Shown piece by piece: positions 38,512 through 49,147 of a stretch of DNA of 64,000 nt. Under the pieces are notes generated by a model, which saw only the letters and a program-made list of their open reading frames with translations, ran no database searches and was not told where the DNA came from. The stretch lies in the NCBI GenBank assembly GCA_949289995.1, contig CASEQE010000009.1, positions 5,706-69,705 of the forward strand, read 5' to 3'. The position numbers and the translations under genes were made by a program. The stretch comes from an uncultured Peptococcaceae bacterium. GTDB lineage: Bacteria > Bacillota > Dehalobacteriia > UBA4068. Position 1 is the stretch's first letter, and each line of letters starts with the position of its first letter.

Positions 38512-41127
38512 TTAATTCTTTCCGCAACAGTTTTTATATTTTTTACCGCTGCCGCAGGGGCATGGATCGTTGCGACCAATTTTCTTTTCCGTTCGCACCG
38601 GCTGTTTTTTAACCGGTGCACCATCACTGCGGTTTTCCTGTATATCCTTACGTTCCTTGGGAGCCTCCACCAAGCTTGCAAACATCACCAGGCGGGTTAC
38701 GCCGGATTGAATGTCCTCAATCATGCTTTGGAACATATCATAGGCTTCCCGTTTGTATTCCACCAATGGATCTCGCTGTCCATAGGCGCGCAGGCCAATG
38801 CCTTGGCGCAATTGATCCATAGCATCCAAATGATCCATCCATTTGGCGTCGGCAGTTTGCAACACGGCCAGTTTTTCTAGTTTGCGCATAATTTCGCTTC
38901 CCATTTGTTCTTCCCGCTCTTTATAGTAGCGATGGAAACGCTCTTGGAAGAAGGGGGCGATTTCATCATGGGATAACGTTTTCAATTCCTCTTCTTGCGG
39001 CAAATATTTAGGCAAATACTCGGACATATCTCGTAATAATGCGGACAATTCCCATTCTTCCGGATAGTTGCTGGCGCCGGCATAGCGGGCTACAATACGG
39101 TTTACGGTAGCATCAATCATCGCCAAAACGCTTTCGGAAATATCTTCCTCGGTTAAAGCGCGACGGCGTTCGGCATATATTACTTCTCTTTGCTGATTCA
39201 TCACGTCATCATAATCCAAAACGTGCTTCCGCATATCAAAATGGCGTTCTTCCACGCGTTTTTGTGCCGTTTCGATGGAACGGGAAACAATAGCCATATC
39301 AATCGGCGTACTGTCGTCCATTCCCACCCGATCCATAATTCCGGCAATATTGTCGCCGCCAAACCGGCGCATCAAATCATCCTCCATGGAAATAAAAAAG
39401 CGGGTGCTGCCCGGATCCCCTTGCCGTCCGGCTCTGCCTCGAAGCTGATTATCGATACGGCGGCTTTCATGCCGCTCCGTGCCAATAATATGCAAGCCGC
39501 CCAAAGCCACCACCTCTTCATGCTCCGCTTTGGTCTGCTGTTGATATTTGGCGATTAAATTATTTCTTTCTTCATTGCTGTATTCCACATCTCCGTGGGC
39601 ATTCATTTCCGCTTCCGCCATAAACTGCGCATTACCGCCTAAAACAATATCGGTACCACGGCCAGCCATATTGGTGGCAATGGTAATCGCTCCTTTTCGT
39701 CCGGCTTGGGCCACAATTTCCGCTTCTTTTTCATGAAATTTGGCGTTTAATACCTGATGAGCCAAACCACGACGGCTTAACATCTTACTCAGACGTTCCG
39801 ATTTTTCAATACTAACCGTACCTACCAAAACCGGGCGCCCTTTTTCATGTTCGGCGGCGATTTCTTCCACTACCGCTTCAAATTTACCATTTTCCGTACG
39901 ATATACGATATCCGGGTGATCCACACGAATCATCGGCAAATTGGTGGGTACCTCTACCACATCGAAATGATAAATCTTGCGAAATTCTTCTTCCTCCGTT
40001 TTCGCCGTACCAGTCATACCAGCCAACAAGTCGTACATACGGAAATAATTTTGAAAGGTAATGGTGGCCAAAGTTTGGCTTTCCCGCTCAATTTTTACTT
40101 TTTCTTTTGCCTCGATAGCTTGGTGCAGGCCTTCGCTATAGCGACGGCCAAACATTAAGCGGCCGGTAAATTCGTCGACGATAATGACTTGACCATCTTT
40201 GACCACATAATCCCGATCTCGTTTATATAAAACCTGCGCCCGCAAAGCTTGATTGATATGGTGGGCCAATTCAGTATTGGCGTCATCGTAAAGATTCTCC
40301 ACCGCCAAGGCTTTTTCCACTTTGGCTACACCTTGCTCCGTTAAGGCCACCTGACGGGTTTTAATATCTACGGTATAATCCTGATCCTCCCCTTCCCGCA
40401 AACGTGGTACAATGTTGGCCGCCTGATAGTACCGCTCGGAAGATTTGGCGGAAGGCCCGGAAATAATCAAGGGCGTACGCGCTTCGTCGATCAAAATGCT
40501 ATCCACTTCGTCTACAATGGCATAATGCAACGGGCGCTGCACCATAGCTTGCAGCGAAAAGGCCATGTTATCCCGAAGATAATCAAAACCAAATTCATTA
40601 TTGGTACCATAAGTAATATCAGCGGCATAAGCTTGGCGTTTCTGCGGCGCCATTAAACCATGCACCACCAATCCCACCGATAAGCCTAAAAATTTATATA
40701 CACGCCCCATCCATTCGCTGTCACGACTGGCCAGATAATCATTGACGGTAATCACATGCACACCCTTACCGCTTAATGCATGTAAATAAGCTGGGGCGGT
40801 AGCCACCAAAGTTTTACCCTCGCCGGTTTTCATTTCGGCGATACGACCGTCGGATAGCACCATACCGCCAATCATTTGCACATCAAAGTGACGCATGCCC
40901 AAGGTACGATAGGCAGCCTCTCGTACCACAGCAAAAGCTTCTTGTAATAAGGAAGAAATTTCAGCGCCTGCCTCCAGACGGCGTTTAAACTCGCCGGTTT
41001 TTGCAGCCAACTCCTGGTCGGAAAGAGCATGAATCTCCGGCTCCAGAGCGTTGATACCGGCTAATATTTTCGTATATTTTTTAATATCTTTGGCGTTATC
41101 GTCAAACAATTTCGCTAAAAAACCCAT
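38512..41127 (-). CDS. secA: Preprotein translocase ATPase SecA
   Basis: 871 aa with DEAD motor motifs and a C-terminal zinc-binding tail, [14 protein letters not shown]. Confidence 0.95.
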   Translation of the reverse strand: MGFLAKLFDDNAKDIKKYTKILAGINALEPEIHALSDQELAAKTGEFKRRLEAGAEISSLLQEAFAVVREAAYRTLGMRHFDVQMIGGMVLSDGRIAEMKTGEGKTLVATAPAYLHALSGKGVHVITVNDYLASRDSEWMGRVYKFLGLSVGLVVHGLMAPQKRQAYAADITYGTNNEFGFDYLRDNMAFSLQAMVQRPLHYAIVDEVDSILIDEARTPLIISGPSAKSSERYYQAANIVPRLREGEDQDYTVDIKTRQVALTEQGVAKVEKALAVENLYDDANTELAHHINQALRAQVLYKRDRDYVVKDGQVIIVDEFTGRLMFGRRYSEGLHQAIEAKEKVKIERESQTLATITFQNYFRMYDLLAGMTGTAKTEEEEFRKIYHFDVVEVPTNLPMIRVDHPDIVYRTENGKFEAVVEEIAAEHEKGRPVLVGTVSIEKSERLSKMLSRRGLAHQVLNAKFHEKEAEIVAQAGRKGAITIATNMAGRGTDIVLGGNAQFMAEAEMNAHGDVEYSNEERNNLIAKYQQQTKAEHEEVVALGGLHIIGTERHESRRIDNQLRGRAGRQGDPGSTRFFISMEDDLMRRFGGDNIAGIMDRVGMDDSTPIDMAIVSRSIETAQKRVEERHFDMRKHVLDYDDVMNQQREVIYAERRRALTEEDISESVLAMIDATVNRIVARYAGASNYPEEWELSALLRDMSEYLPKYLPQEEELKTLSHDEIAPFFQERFHRYYKEREEQMGSEIMRKLEKLAVLQTADAKWMDHLDAMDQLRQGIGLRAYGQRDPLVEYKREAYDMFQSMIEDIQSGVTRLVMFASLVEAPKERKDIQENRSDGAPVKKQPVRTEKKIGRNDPCPCGSGKKYKNCCGKN

Positions 41128-41409
41128 ATAACACCTTCCTTAGTTTTCACTGTATTCGTTAAAAGAAACCGGCTTATCCACCGGTTTACAGCTATTCTAG
41201 ATAGTATTCTAGATTCATTCTCTATTTCCTTTAGTCCCTACTGCATTAGCAAACGGCTTGACAATTTCCATACTGGAGAGGATAATAAAAAAATACCGTT
41301 AAGCGCCTGATCGCAGCAAAAGAGAAAAAACCAATGTGCATAGCCAGGGAAAGCTTCGTCAACAATAAAACAATCGTCGGATTGCGGCAAAATCCACAAG
41401 GAGTATACC

Positions 41410-42261
41410 ATGATACACGAAATTCTGCCCCATATTTTTGATAATGCTTTTTATATTGAACAGGCCAACGCCCAAGATATCGCTTTGGTTTTTCAAGGCG
41501 ATAATATCCTTTTGCGCAAGGATGTTAAGGGAGGAACATTGCCTTGTTTTGCTGATTTGTACTATGATAGAATCCCCGAAAATATTGAATATCTGTTTCG
41601 ACTGGATGAAAAAAGATTTTTTTTATCGCCGCTGCCTACCGCTATCCCCCCAAATATGGTTTTTAGTAAAGCCAATGTCAGTTTGCGCTTATTAGCGCCA
41701 CAACATTATGCATTTGCCGCCGTTACTGGTTGGCAACTATATCGTTGGCGGGAAAGTCGGCGTTTTTGCGGCCGCTGCGCTACGCCTATGCAAAAAGGAC
41801 AAACGGAACGTTCTGCCGTTTGCCCTAAATGCGGACTTATCGAATACCCTAAAATTTCACCAGCCATTATCGTAGCCGTAACCGACGGCGATCGCCTGCT
41901 GATGGCCAAACATCGCCACAGCGCCTACCAACGGTATGCGCTGATTGCCGGTTATTGTGAAATCGGTGAAACCTTCGAACAAACGGTACGCAGGGAAGTA
42001 TGGGAAGAAGTAGGTCTGCATATTAAAAATATTCAATACTACACCAGTCAACCCTGGGCCTTCTCCGATTCCGTTATGATCGGCTTTTTTGCAGAATTGG
42101 ATGGCGGCGACGCCATCAGCCTGGCGGAAGACGAGCTCAGCGACGCCCGTTGGTTTACGCTGGCAGAAATACCGGAAAACGGCAGCCGCTTGAGCATTTC
42201 TCAAGAATTAGTCGAAGCGGTGCGCCGGGGCGAACACCGCCGCTATTTATCCCGCCGCTAA
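41410..42261 (+). CDS. nudC: NAD+ diphosphatase (NADH pyrophosphatase), Nudix family with zinc ribbon
   Basis: CGRCATPM...CPKCG zinc ribbon and Nudix box GYCEIGETFEQTVRREVWEEVGL. Confidence 0.8.
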   Translation: MIHEILPHIFDNAFYIEQANAQDIALVFQGDNILLRKDVKGGTLPCFADLYYDRIPENIEYLFRLDEKRFFLSPLPTAIPPNMVFSKANVSLRLLAPQHYAFAAVTGWQLYRWRESRRFCGRCATPMQKGQTERSAVCPKCGLIEYPKISPAIIVAVTDGDRLLMAKHRHSAYQRYALIAGYCEIGETFEQTVRREVWEEVGLHIKNIQYYTSQPWAFSDSVMIGFFAELDGGDAISLAEDELSDARWFTLAEIPENGSRLSISQELVEAVRRGEHRRYLSRR

Positions 42262-42304
42262 ACTTTTGCCGCCAAAAGCAAACATCGGCAGCCCCACCAT
42301 ACCA

Positions 42305-42610
42305 TTAATCCACAAAGAAATCGCAAGAAACTCTGGCGCTACGAACGCTACTAATAAAAGCCGATACCTTTTTATGCTCTGGATGTTTGGTATAATACGC
42401 CAATTCAGCTTGACCGGCAAAATCAATTTCCAAGGCCATATCATAAGAACCTTCTTTACCTGTCACGTCTCGTCCGATATTCATTGATAGAATTTGCGGT
42501 ATCATCCCCTGCAAAGCCTGAAGCATTTCCGCTGCTTTGCGCATATTCTCATCTTTCGTAGCCCCTTCCGTCTGATCTTTAAATTTCCACATAACGATAT
42601 GTCTAAGCAT
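42305..42610 (-). CDS. Dabb (stress-responsive alpha/beta-barrel) domain protein
   Basis: About 101 aa starting MLRHIVMWKFKD. The ORF-track N-terminal extension was removed. Confidence 0.65.
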   Translation of the reverse strand: MLRHIVMWKFKDQTEGATKDENMRKAAEMLQALQGMIPQILSMNIGRDVTGKEGSYDMALEIDFAGQAELAYYTKHPEHKKVSAFISSVRSARVSCDFFVD

Positions 42611-42790
42611 AATCCTTCCCCTTTCCATTGTCGTTACTACTATTATACTTTCTGATTCCCAGATATGTAAAGACGGATATTTATTGAAAACCAACCGGGT
42701 TGCGAGTATAATAAAATTGTTGAAAATTCTTCTTCAAACATCTAAAGAAGCATGGAAACTGTATTCCAATAATAAACTGGAGGGAAAACC

Positions 42791-43783
42791 ATGGATATTA
42801 TCGCCCAAGTAAGGGAAAAAGCCAGAGCGCAGCATAAGCGCATCGTGTTGCCGGAAGGCACAGAAAAACGGACGGTGGCAGCGGCAGCGCAGTTGACAAA
42901 AGAGCATATTGCCGACGTTACGCTATTGGGATCGATAGACAAAATCAAAGCCATTGCAGCAGCTGAACAGGTGGATTTAAATGGTGTATCTATTATTGAC
43001 CCGGAAAAAGACCCACACTATAATCAATTTGCCGAAGAATTTTGCCAATTGCGGGCAAAAAAAGGTATGACAATGGATAAAGCCTTGGAAACGATGAAAA
43101 ATCCTTTATATTTCGGCGTCATGATGGTCTATAAAAATATATGCGACGGTATGGTAGCCGGCGCGGAAAACGCTACCGGCGACGTATTGCGTCCGGCACT
43201 GCAAATTATCAAAACCAAACCCGGCATCACCACCGTCTCCGGGGCGTTCATTATGGTAACCCAAGATGCGCATTTCGGCAAGGATGGTATTATGGTATTT
43301 GCCGACTGCGCTGTCAATCCAACTTTAACTGACGAACAAATGGCAGAAGTTGCCTATTGTAGCGCCCAAACTGCTCAAAACGTGGTAGGTATTGAAAATC
43401 CAAAGGTTGCTATGCTGTCCTTCTCCACCAAAGGCAGCGCCAAGCATGAGCTGGTGGACAAAGTAGCTTCCGCTACTGCCATCGCCAAAGAACGGTATCC
43501 TCAATTAACCGTGGATGGCGAATTGCAACTGGATGCCGCAGTAGTACCTTCGGTTGGTGAATTCAAAGCCCCTGGCAGCCCGGTAGCCGGACATGCCGAC
43601 GTACTCATTTTCCCCGATTTGCAGGCGGGTAACGCTTGCTATAAGGCTGTACAACGTTTTGGACATGCTCAAGCCATTGGCCCCATTTTGCAAGGTATGG
43701 CTAAACCTGTGAACGATTTATCCAGAGGTTGCAGCGTAGACGATATCGTCAACACCGTTGCACTGGTATGCTGCCAAGCATAA
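42791..43783 (+). CDS. pta: Phosphate acetyltransferase (short form) / phosphate acyltransferase
   Basis: 330 aa with Pta/Ptb family motifs (GMVAGA, DCAVN, SRGCSVDDIVN). RBS GGAGGG. Confidence 0.8.
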   Translation: MDIIAQVREKARAQHKRIVLPEGTEKRTVAAAAQLTKEHIADVTLLGSIDKIKAIAAAEQVDLNGVSIIDPEKDPHYNQFAEEFCQLRAKKGMTMDKALETMKNPLYFGVMMVYKNICDGMVAGAENATGDVLRPALQIIKTKPGITTVSGAFIMVTQDAHFGKDGIMVFADCAVNPTLTDEQMAEVAYCSAQTAQNVVGIENPKVAMLSFSTKGSAKHELVDKVASATAIAKERYPQLTVDGELQLDAAVVPSVGEFKAPGSPVAGHADVLIFPDLQAGNACYKAVQRFGHAQAIGPILQGMAKPVNDLSRGCSVDDIVNTVALVCCQA

Positions 43784-43830
43784 ATACACTATATTATTAT
43801 AAAACCAAAATATAATTAATGTTAAATAAA

Positions 43831-43886
43831 ATAGAACCGGTTTCCACCGCTATGCTTTTTGCGATAGAAACCGGTTCTATTTTATG
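43831..43886. terminator. Bidirectional hairpin terminator between pta and ribU
   Basis: A 14-bp stem (ATAGAACCGGTTTC / GAAACCGGTTCTAT) with T-rich flanks on both strands. Confidence 0.55.
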
Positions 43887-43908
43887 GTTCGATATCTGGG
43901 AACATCAT

Positions 43909-44592
43909 TTAAACTACGGTACCATGTTTTTTCTTTCTCCATGCATGGATGCTTCGATATACCAAATAGAGCAATAAAGAATTCAGACCCGCTTTCAATA
44001 AATTAAACGGTATCAAGCCAACCAAAAGCAACCCCTTCACCATCTGATAAGCGGTTACTGCCGCTTCTGAATAAGCGCCAGGTGTATAGCCTCCGCTTAG
44101 ACCGTCGATAAATATCCGGGCTGCTTCGCTTACGGAAACATCCATCATCACCTTGGGAGTAAATATAAAATTTAAGGGAATCATGATTAACGCCATGGAT
44201 ATGCTGCCACAAATTAAAGCAAGGATCATCCCCTTATTGGTTCTTTTGCAAGCGGCATAAATTGCATAGGCCACCAAAACCAAAGTACCGGAAGCAATCA
44301 TGTGCATCAAAAAGCCGATTGGTCCGTCGTGACCAAACAAAAACGCCTGGATAAAAGAGGCCACAGTTAAAACAATCATTCCCGGCCCCCAACCCATGGT
44401 AAAAGCGCACAACAGAATCGGTACATCCGCCATATCATATTTTAGGAAAGAAGCGGCAGGCACTAAGGGAAAACAAAGAAAGACCAATACCGAGGATACG
44501 GCAATCAACATTGCCATGCGTACCAGCTGCAAAGTGCTATCTTTTCCACCAATTGTTGCCGAATTCCGGCCTAAAAATTTTTGCTGCGACAT
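43909..44592 (-). CDS. ribU: ECF transporter S-component, riboflavin type (RibU-like)
   Basis: Polytopic small membrane protein immediately downstream of an FMN riboswitch. Start ATG 44592 after AAAGGAG. Confidence 0.7.
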   Translation of the reverse strand: MSQQKFLGRNSATIGGKDSTLQLVRMAMLIAVSSVLVFLCFPLVPAASFLKYDMADVPILLCAFTMGWGPGMIVLTVASFIQAFLFGHDGPIGFLMHMIASGTLVLVAYAIYAACKRTNKGMILALICGSISMALIMIPLNFIFTPKVMMDVSVSEAARIFIDGLSGGYTPGAYSEAAVTAYQMVKGLLLVGLIPFNLLKAGLNSLLLYLVYRSIHAWRKKKHGTVV

Positions 44593-44617
44593 ATGGATTT
44601 GCTCCTTTTCCGGCTGC

Positions 44618-44818
44618 TTCCAAAAAAACGCCCCATGCACATGCATGGGGCGGAGGCTAGCAATAACGCTACACTTCATCTTCTTTCATCCGGACTATAC
44701 CGTCGGCTCAGGAATCACACCTGATCAACGTTTGCCTACCATAGCGAAAACGCTCGCGGGCTAAGCGAATACGATCGCCTTACCGCCGGTGGGGACTTGC
44801 ACCCCGCCCCGAAGACAG
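44618..44818 (-). promoter_or_regulatory. FMN riboswitch (RFN element) with intrinsic-terminator expression platform
   Basis: Minus strand: CTTCGGGGCGGGGTGCAAGTCCCCACCGGCGGTAAGG ... GAGCCGACGGTATAGTCCGGATGAAAGAAGATGA. This aligns near base for base with the B. subtilis ribD RFN. It is followed by hairpin CCGCCCCATGCATGTGCATGGGGCG plus T7, then the ribU RBS. Confidence 0.9.
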
Positions 44819-44827
44819 CCTAATTGA

Positions 44828-45337
44828 TTATTTTTCAGATTCATTATACGTCGGCTGCTGTTTTCTGTCAACACCTTGCCTTTTTTGGCGGAAAAACTGT
44901 TTTAATAAATAAGCCGCCCGTTCTTCTTCCAAACCACCTTCCACCAACAAATGATGATTTAAGGCCGGGTGGCGGCAAAGATCCAAAACGCTGCCGCAAG
45001 CACCGCTTTTGGGGTCTGTGGCGGCATACACCAACCGGGCGATTCTGGCCTGAACCAAAGCGCCGGCGCACATCGGACAGGGTTCCAAGGTAACATATAG
45101 AACTGCTCCCGGCAAGCGCCAACCGCCCAGACAAGCACAGGCCTGGCGAATAGCAATCATTTCCGCATGCAGCGTGGCGTCTTTATCGGTTTCCTTACGG
45201 TTATGCCCCCGTCCGATAATGCGCCCATCTTTCACCACAATCGCTCCCACAGGAACTTCTTCAATATCTGCCGCCGCCTGGGCTTCCAGCAATGCTTCTT
45301 CCATAAACAAATGATCAGCCTGTGTAAACGAAGCCAT
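44828..45337 (-). CDS. tadA: tRNA-specific adenosine-34 deaminase
   Basis: HAEMIAI...PCPMCAGA zinc motif, 169 aa. Confidence 0.9.
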   Translation of the reverse strand: MASFTQADHLFMEEALLEAQAAADIEEVPVGAIVVKDGRIIGRGHNRKETDKDATLHAEMIAIRQACACLGGWRLPGAVLYVTLEPCPMCAGALVQARIARLVYAATDPKSGACGSVLDLCRHPALNHHLLVEGGLEEERAAYLLKQFFRQKRQGVDRKQQPTYNESEK

Positions 45338-45892
45338 TTAAATCAACTCCGCTCCTAAGCTATCCCGCATATGAGCCAATCCCCACCGCTGTCCTTCCTC
45401 ACTCAGCGCAGCGCAGGCATCTGTCTTAATCTTGACTTTATAGCCCCGGTAATACGCGTCCGTTACTGTATGCAAAACACAAATATCTGTGCAAACGCCG
45501 CATACCGTTAGTTCATCCACGCCTCGTTGCCGCAACATTCCGTCTAACGGCGTATCCTGAAAAGCCGAATACCAGACCTTTGGCAGATAAATCACCTGTT
45601 GCGGATAGGCCTTCTGCAATTTTTCAATCCATTCGCCAGTATGCCCGTAAATTTTTTCTCCCCATGTACCTGCTATGTTATGAGCCGGAAACAATGCCCG
45701 TTCCGGATGATATAAATCGGCTTCTTCATGTCGATCATTACAAACAATCACAAAACCACCGGCTGCTATTGTTTTTTCCATTAGACGGCAAATTGCTTCA
45801 TCCAATTTTTGCCCGGCAGCGCCACAGGTCAGCGCCCCCTGAGAATCAATAAAATCATTGCTGTAATCGATTACCAATAAAGCTTGGGACAT
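45338..45892 (-). CDS. pncA: Nicotinamidase/pyrazinamidase (isochorismatase family)
   Basis: Catalytic triad context (D..K..VCGVCTDICV), 184 aa. Confidence 0.7.
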   Translation of the reverse strand: MSQALLVIDYSNDFIDSQGALTCGAAGQKLDEAICRLMEKTIAAGGFVIVCNDRHEEADLYHPERALFPAHNIAGTWGEKIYGHTGEWIEKLQKAYPQQVIYLPKVWYSAFQDTPLDGMLRQRGVDELTVCGVCTDICVLHTVTDAYYRGYKVKIKTDACAALSEEGQRWGLAHMRDSLGAELI

Positions 45893-45911
45893 AGAAACAA
45901 CCTCCCCTTGT

Positions 45912-46475
45912 CTATAAAGTCAATTGTTCCGGTTCATCATTTGTCAGGCGAAGTTCTTCTCCGCTGTTTTGCGGATGTTCCGCCAGTTTAGGCAAATCAT
46001 CTAAAGAGGCCAAACCAAAATAGCTTAAAAAAGCATCTGTGGTACCATATAAAACCGCACGTCCAGGACCAGCCCGGCGTCCCACTTCTTTAATAAGGCG
46101 TTTTTCCAATAATTTGGCCACTACACCATCAGCATCCACCTGGCGAATTGCCGCCACATCAGCCTTGGCAATTGGTTGGCGATAAGCGATAATGGCCAAA
46201 GTTTCCATGGCAGCGGCGGATAATTGTTGCAGTTTTGGACGATACAATTTTTCAATGAAAGGCGCCCACTCCGCATCACTGGCAAATTGCCATCCTCCCG
46301 CCACATTGCGCAAATGAAAACCTTTATCTGCATATTCCTGGGCCAATTGAGCCAAAATCGCCTGCACTTCATTTTTGGCATTACCGGTAATTTCCGCCAA
46401 TTTTTCCACGGAAAGGGGTTCCGCCGTGACAAACAAAAGACACTCCACCCCTTGTTTCAGTTTTTGCAAATCCAT
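45912..46475 (-). CDS. scpB: Segregation and condensation protein B
   Basis: Tandem winged-helix ScpB signature, 187 aa. Downstream of scpA. Confidence 0.85.
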   Translation of the reverse strand: MDLQKLKQGVECLLFVTAEPLSVEKLAEITGNAKNEVQAILAQLAQEYADKGFHLRNVAGGWQFASDAEWAPFIEKLYRPKLQQLSAAAMETLAIIAYRQPIAKADVAAIRQVDADGVVAKLLEKRLIKEVGRRAGPGRAVLYGTTDAFLSYFGLASLDDLPKLAEHPQNSGEELRLTNDEPEQLTL

Positions 46476-46495
46476 CCGTCTGCGCTCCTTTCCCG

Positions 46496-47248
46496 CTAAT
46501 TGGCTACTGCCTGCAATACTGCAGAAGACGGGTAAAAATAAATTTCTTCATACGGTTGGTTTTGCGCGATAATCAATTGTTTATTGCGAGCCAATTCCAA
46601 AAGAGCCAAAAAAGTCACGATTAATTCTATACGGCTGGCGGTAGGTGAGAAAATTTGAGAAAAGGATATTCCTTGAGGTCTTTTACGTAACAATAAAGGC
46701 AACTCCATCAACTTATCTTGAACCGTAATTCGCTCACGGGGAATATTAATAGCGGAAATCTGTTCTTTAGCAGCTTTAGCCAATACTTTGGCAAAAGCCG
46801 CGGTAAGATCGGATAAAGTTTTACCTGCAACAGGGTTTTCTTCGCTAAATAAATTGACATACAATTCTTCTTCATTGGGTCGATAATAATGGAGAATTTC
46901 TTCCTGCCGGATCTGCCATAAATCAGCGGCGACTTCTTTAAAACGCAAATATTCCAAAATATCTTTTACCAATTCCTCTCTGGCGTCAACATATTCTGTT
47001 GTTTCTTCCGTAGCCGCAGCCGGTGGCAATAACATTCGCGCCTTAATGGATAATAAAGTAGCAGCCATTACCAAAAAATCTGAGGTAACTTCCAAATCCA
47101 ATTCTTGCATCGCCTGCAAATAGGACAAATATTCCGCGGTAATTTGCGCGATGGGTATATCGTAAATATCAATTTCGTTTTCTTTGATCAAATGCAAAAG
47201 CAGATCAAACGGCCCTTCAAAGGCCTGAATTTTGACCTGATAGGTCAT
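46496..47248 (-). CDS. scpA: Segregation and condensation protein A (kleisin)
   Basis: FEGPFDLLLHLI N-terminus, 250 aa. Confidence 0.85.
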   Translation of the reverse strand: MTYQVKIQAFEGPFDLLLHLIKENEIDIYDIPIAQITAEYLSYLQAMQELDLEVTSDFLVMAATLLSIKARMLLPPAAATEETTEYVDAREELVKDILEYLRFKEVAADLWQIRQEEILHYYRPNEEELYVNLFSEENPVAGKTLSDLTAAFAKVLAKAAKEQISAINIPRERITVQDKLMELPLLLRKRPQGISFSQIFSPTASRIELIVTFLALLELARNKQLIIAQNQPYEEIYFYPSSAVLQAVAN

Positions 47249-48234
47249 ATGCCAATCGCCTCTCGAACCATTTCCATAGTAATCTGAGCCTGTTTACGGG
47301 CAGCATTATTTCCATCCTCGATAATATCATCCAACAATTTTGGCATAGTCTCCAATTGCGCCCGTTTTTCGCGAATGGGGTCCAAAAAATCGTTGATTTT
47401 TTGCGTTAACATTTTTTTACATTGACCGCAACCGATAGAACCTGCCTGGCAGGCAGCGCAAATCTCCGGCTGTTCCGCCTGATTATAAAAACCATGATAG
47501 GCGTATACCGCGCAAATATCCGGATGTCCTGGATCGGTCTTGCGAATCCGTGCCGGATCGGTAATCATTTGCCAAACTTTTTCTTTTACCTCGTCGGCAG
47601 TAAAAGAAAGATTTATATAATTATTATAGCTTTTACTCATTTTGCGGTTATCCGTGCCAGGCAATACTTTTATTTTCGCCAAAATAGCTTCTGGTTCCGG
47701 GAAAATCTGTACGTTATACATGTTGTTAAAACGGCGCGCCAATTCTCTCGTGAATTCGCAATGGGGCAGCTGATCCTCGCCCACAGGTACGCCCGCCGGA
47801 CGATACATCAAAATATCCGCCGACATCAACAACGGATATCCCAAAAAACCATAGGTGGCGATATCCTTGCCTTGGGCTTTGAATTGCTGAACTTGTCCTT
47901 TATATGTAGGCACCCGTTCCAACCAGGATAAAGGCGTAATCATAGACATTAGCAAATGCAGTTCCGCATGTTCTTTAATATCGGATTGATGGAAAATATG
48001 GCATTTATTTGGATCTAAACCGGCAGAAATATAATCGATAACCACTTGGCGTTTATTTTCCCGCAGTTTATCGGTTTGATCAAACTGGGTGGTAATCGCA
48101 TGCCAATCTGCCGTAAAAAAATAAGCGTCATAATCTTGACAAAGTTTTGCCCAATTTTCAATTACGCTGTAATGTCCCAAATGCAAACGCCCGGTAGGCC
48201 GCATACCGCTTAAAATTCTTCCTCTTTCCGTCAT
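47245..48234 (-). CDS. trpS: Tryptophan--tRNA ligase with C-terminal Cys cluster
   Basis: HLGH and KMSKS motifs. The C-terminal segment is C-x17-C-x2-C-x6-C-x2-C (CAVYAYHGFYNQAEQPEICAACQAGSIGCGQC). Confidence 0.9.
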   Translation of the reverse strand: MTERGRILSGMRPTGRLHLGHYSVIENWAKLCQDYDAYFFTADWHAITTQFDQTDKLRENKRQVVIDYISAGLDPNKCHIFHQSDIKEHAELHLLMSMITPLSWLERVPTYKGQVQQFKAQGKDIATYGFLGYPLLMSADILMYRPAGVPVGEDQLPHCEFTRELARRFNNMYNVQIFPEPEAILAKIKVLPGTDNRKMSKSYNNYINLSFTADEVKEKVWQMITDPARIRKTDPGHPDICAVYAYHGFYNQAEQPEICAACQAGSIGCGQCKKMLTQKINDFLDPIREKRAQLETMPKLLDDIIEDGNNAARKQAQITMEMVREAIGI

Positions 48235-48258
48235 ACCGCTATCTCCTTTTGCAATATT

Positions 48259-48927
48259 TTATATACCAAACAGAGAATAAATTACTTGTATTAACCAATT
48301 GGCTGGAACAGTAATAATAACGCCCAATATATCCACGGCAGGCAAACCCAAAAGGCGCAAAATTTCCGGTAAAAACATCAATAATACCAATATACCAAAG
48401 CCATATCGTTCTAAAGTCAATTCTACATGCAATTTGCTTTCCGGCAACAAACCGCCTAATATTTTTGAACCGTCCAAAGGTGGGATGGGAATTAAATTAA
48501 ACACTGCCAGTACCACATTAATCATAACAAAATAGCTTAAAAAAACCAAGGCGTAATAATAGAAAGTATTAAATGTAGAAATAAAATGAACGATCAGCGA
48601 CATTATGCCGGCGCCAATCAAAGCTTCCACCAGGTTCATAGCAGGCCCAGCTACGGAAACTGCCATCATTTTTTTTCGGCGATTGTCTCCCAGAAGCCAG
48701 GGATTCACCGGAACCGGTTTTGCCCAACCAAAGCCGGCCACAATCAAAAGCAATGTACCCAGAATATCCAGGTGTCGCAGAGGATTCAGCGTCAAACGCC
48801 CCGCCTCCTTAGCTGTGGAATCGCCAAAAGCATAAGCCACTCGTGCATGGGCATATTCATGAAAGGTTAGGGCAATAATAATCGCTGGCACAGTAAACAG
48901 CAATCTGTTTAAAGAAAAGTCGAACAT
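48259..48927 (-). CDS. Site-2 protease family (M50) membrane metalloprotease
   Basis: HEYAH zinc motif in a TM helix and an LDG motif. Start at MFDFSL after GGAGG. Confidence 0.7.
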   Translation of the reverse strand: MFDFSLNRLLFTVPAIIIALTFHEYAHARVAYAFGDSTAKEAGRLTLNPLRHLDILGTLLLIVAGFGWAKPVPVNPWLLGDNRRKKMMAVSVAGPAMNLVEALIGAGIMSLIVHFISTFNTFYYYALVFLSYFVMINVVLAVFNLIPIPPLDGSKILGGLLPESKLHVELTLERYGFGILVLLMFLPEILRLLGLPAVDILGVIITVPANWLIQVIYSLFGI

Positions 48928-49101
48928 ATGAAGCTCCTCCACTTTGGCTCTGGCGCTTTCGCAATGGTTAACGCCAGCAAACAAGCAAGCGATACCGATT
49001 TTTTTATTATATCAAGCTTGAAAGTTTTTGGCAACATATCTCTAAGGAATTCAACATTGTATACCCTCTACCATCATTTTCAATGTTACACAAATACAAT
49101 T

Positions 49102-49136
49102 GAACGGCGGTTTTTCTTTCAGAAAAACCGCCGTTC
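49102..49136 (-). terminator. Rho-independent terminator after sigF
   Basis: GAACGGCGGTTTTT-loop-AAAAACCGCCGTTC. Confidence 0.6.
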
Positions 49137-49147
49137 ATGCATAAGGA

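Noticed and set aside
44396-44764. 122-aa plus-strand ORF
   Set aside because: It overlaps the FMN riboswitch and the ribU start on the opposite strand. No RBS is present and the product has low complexity.
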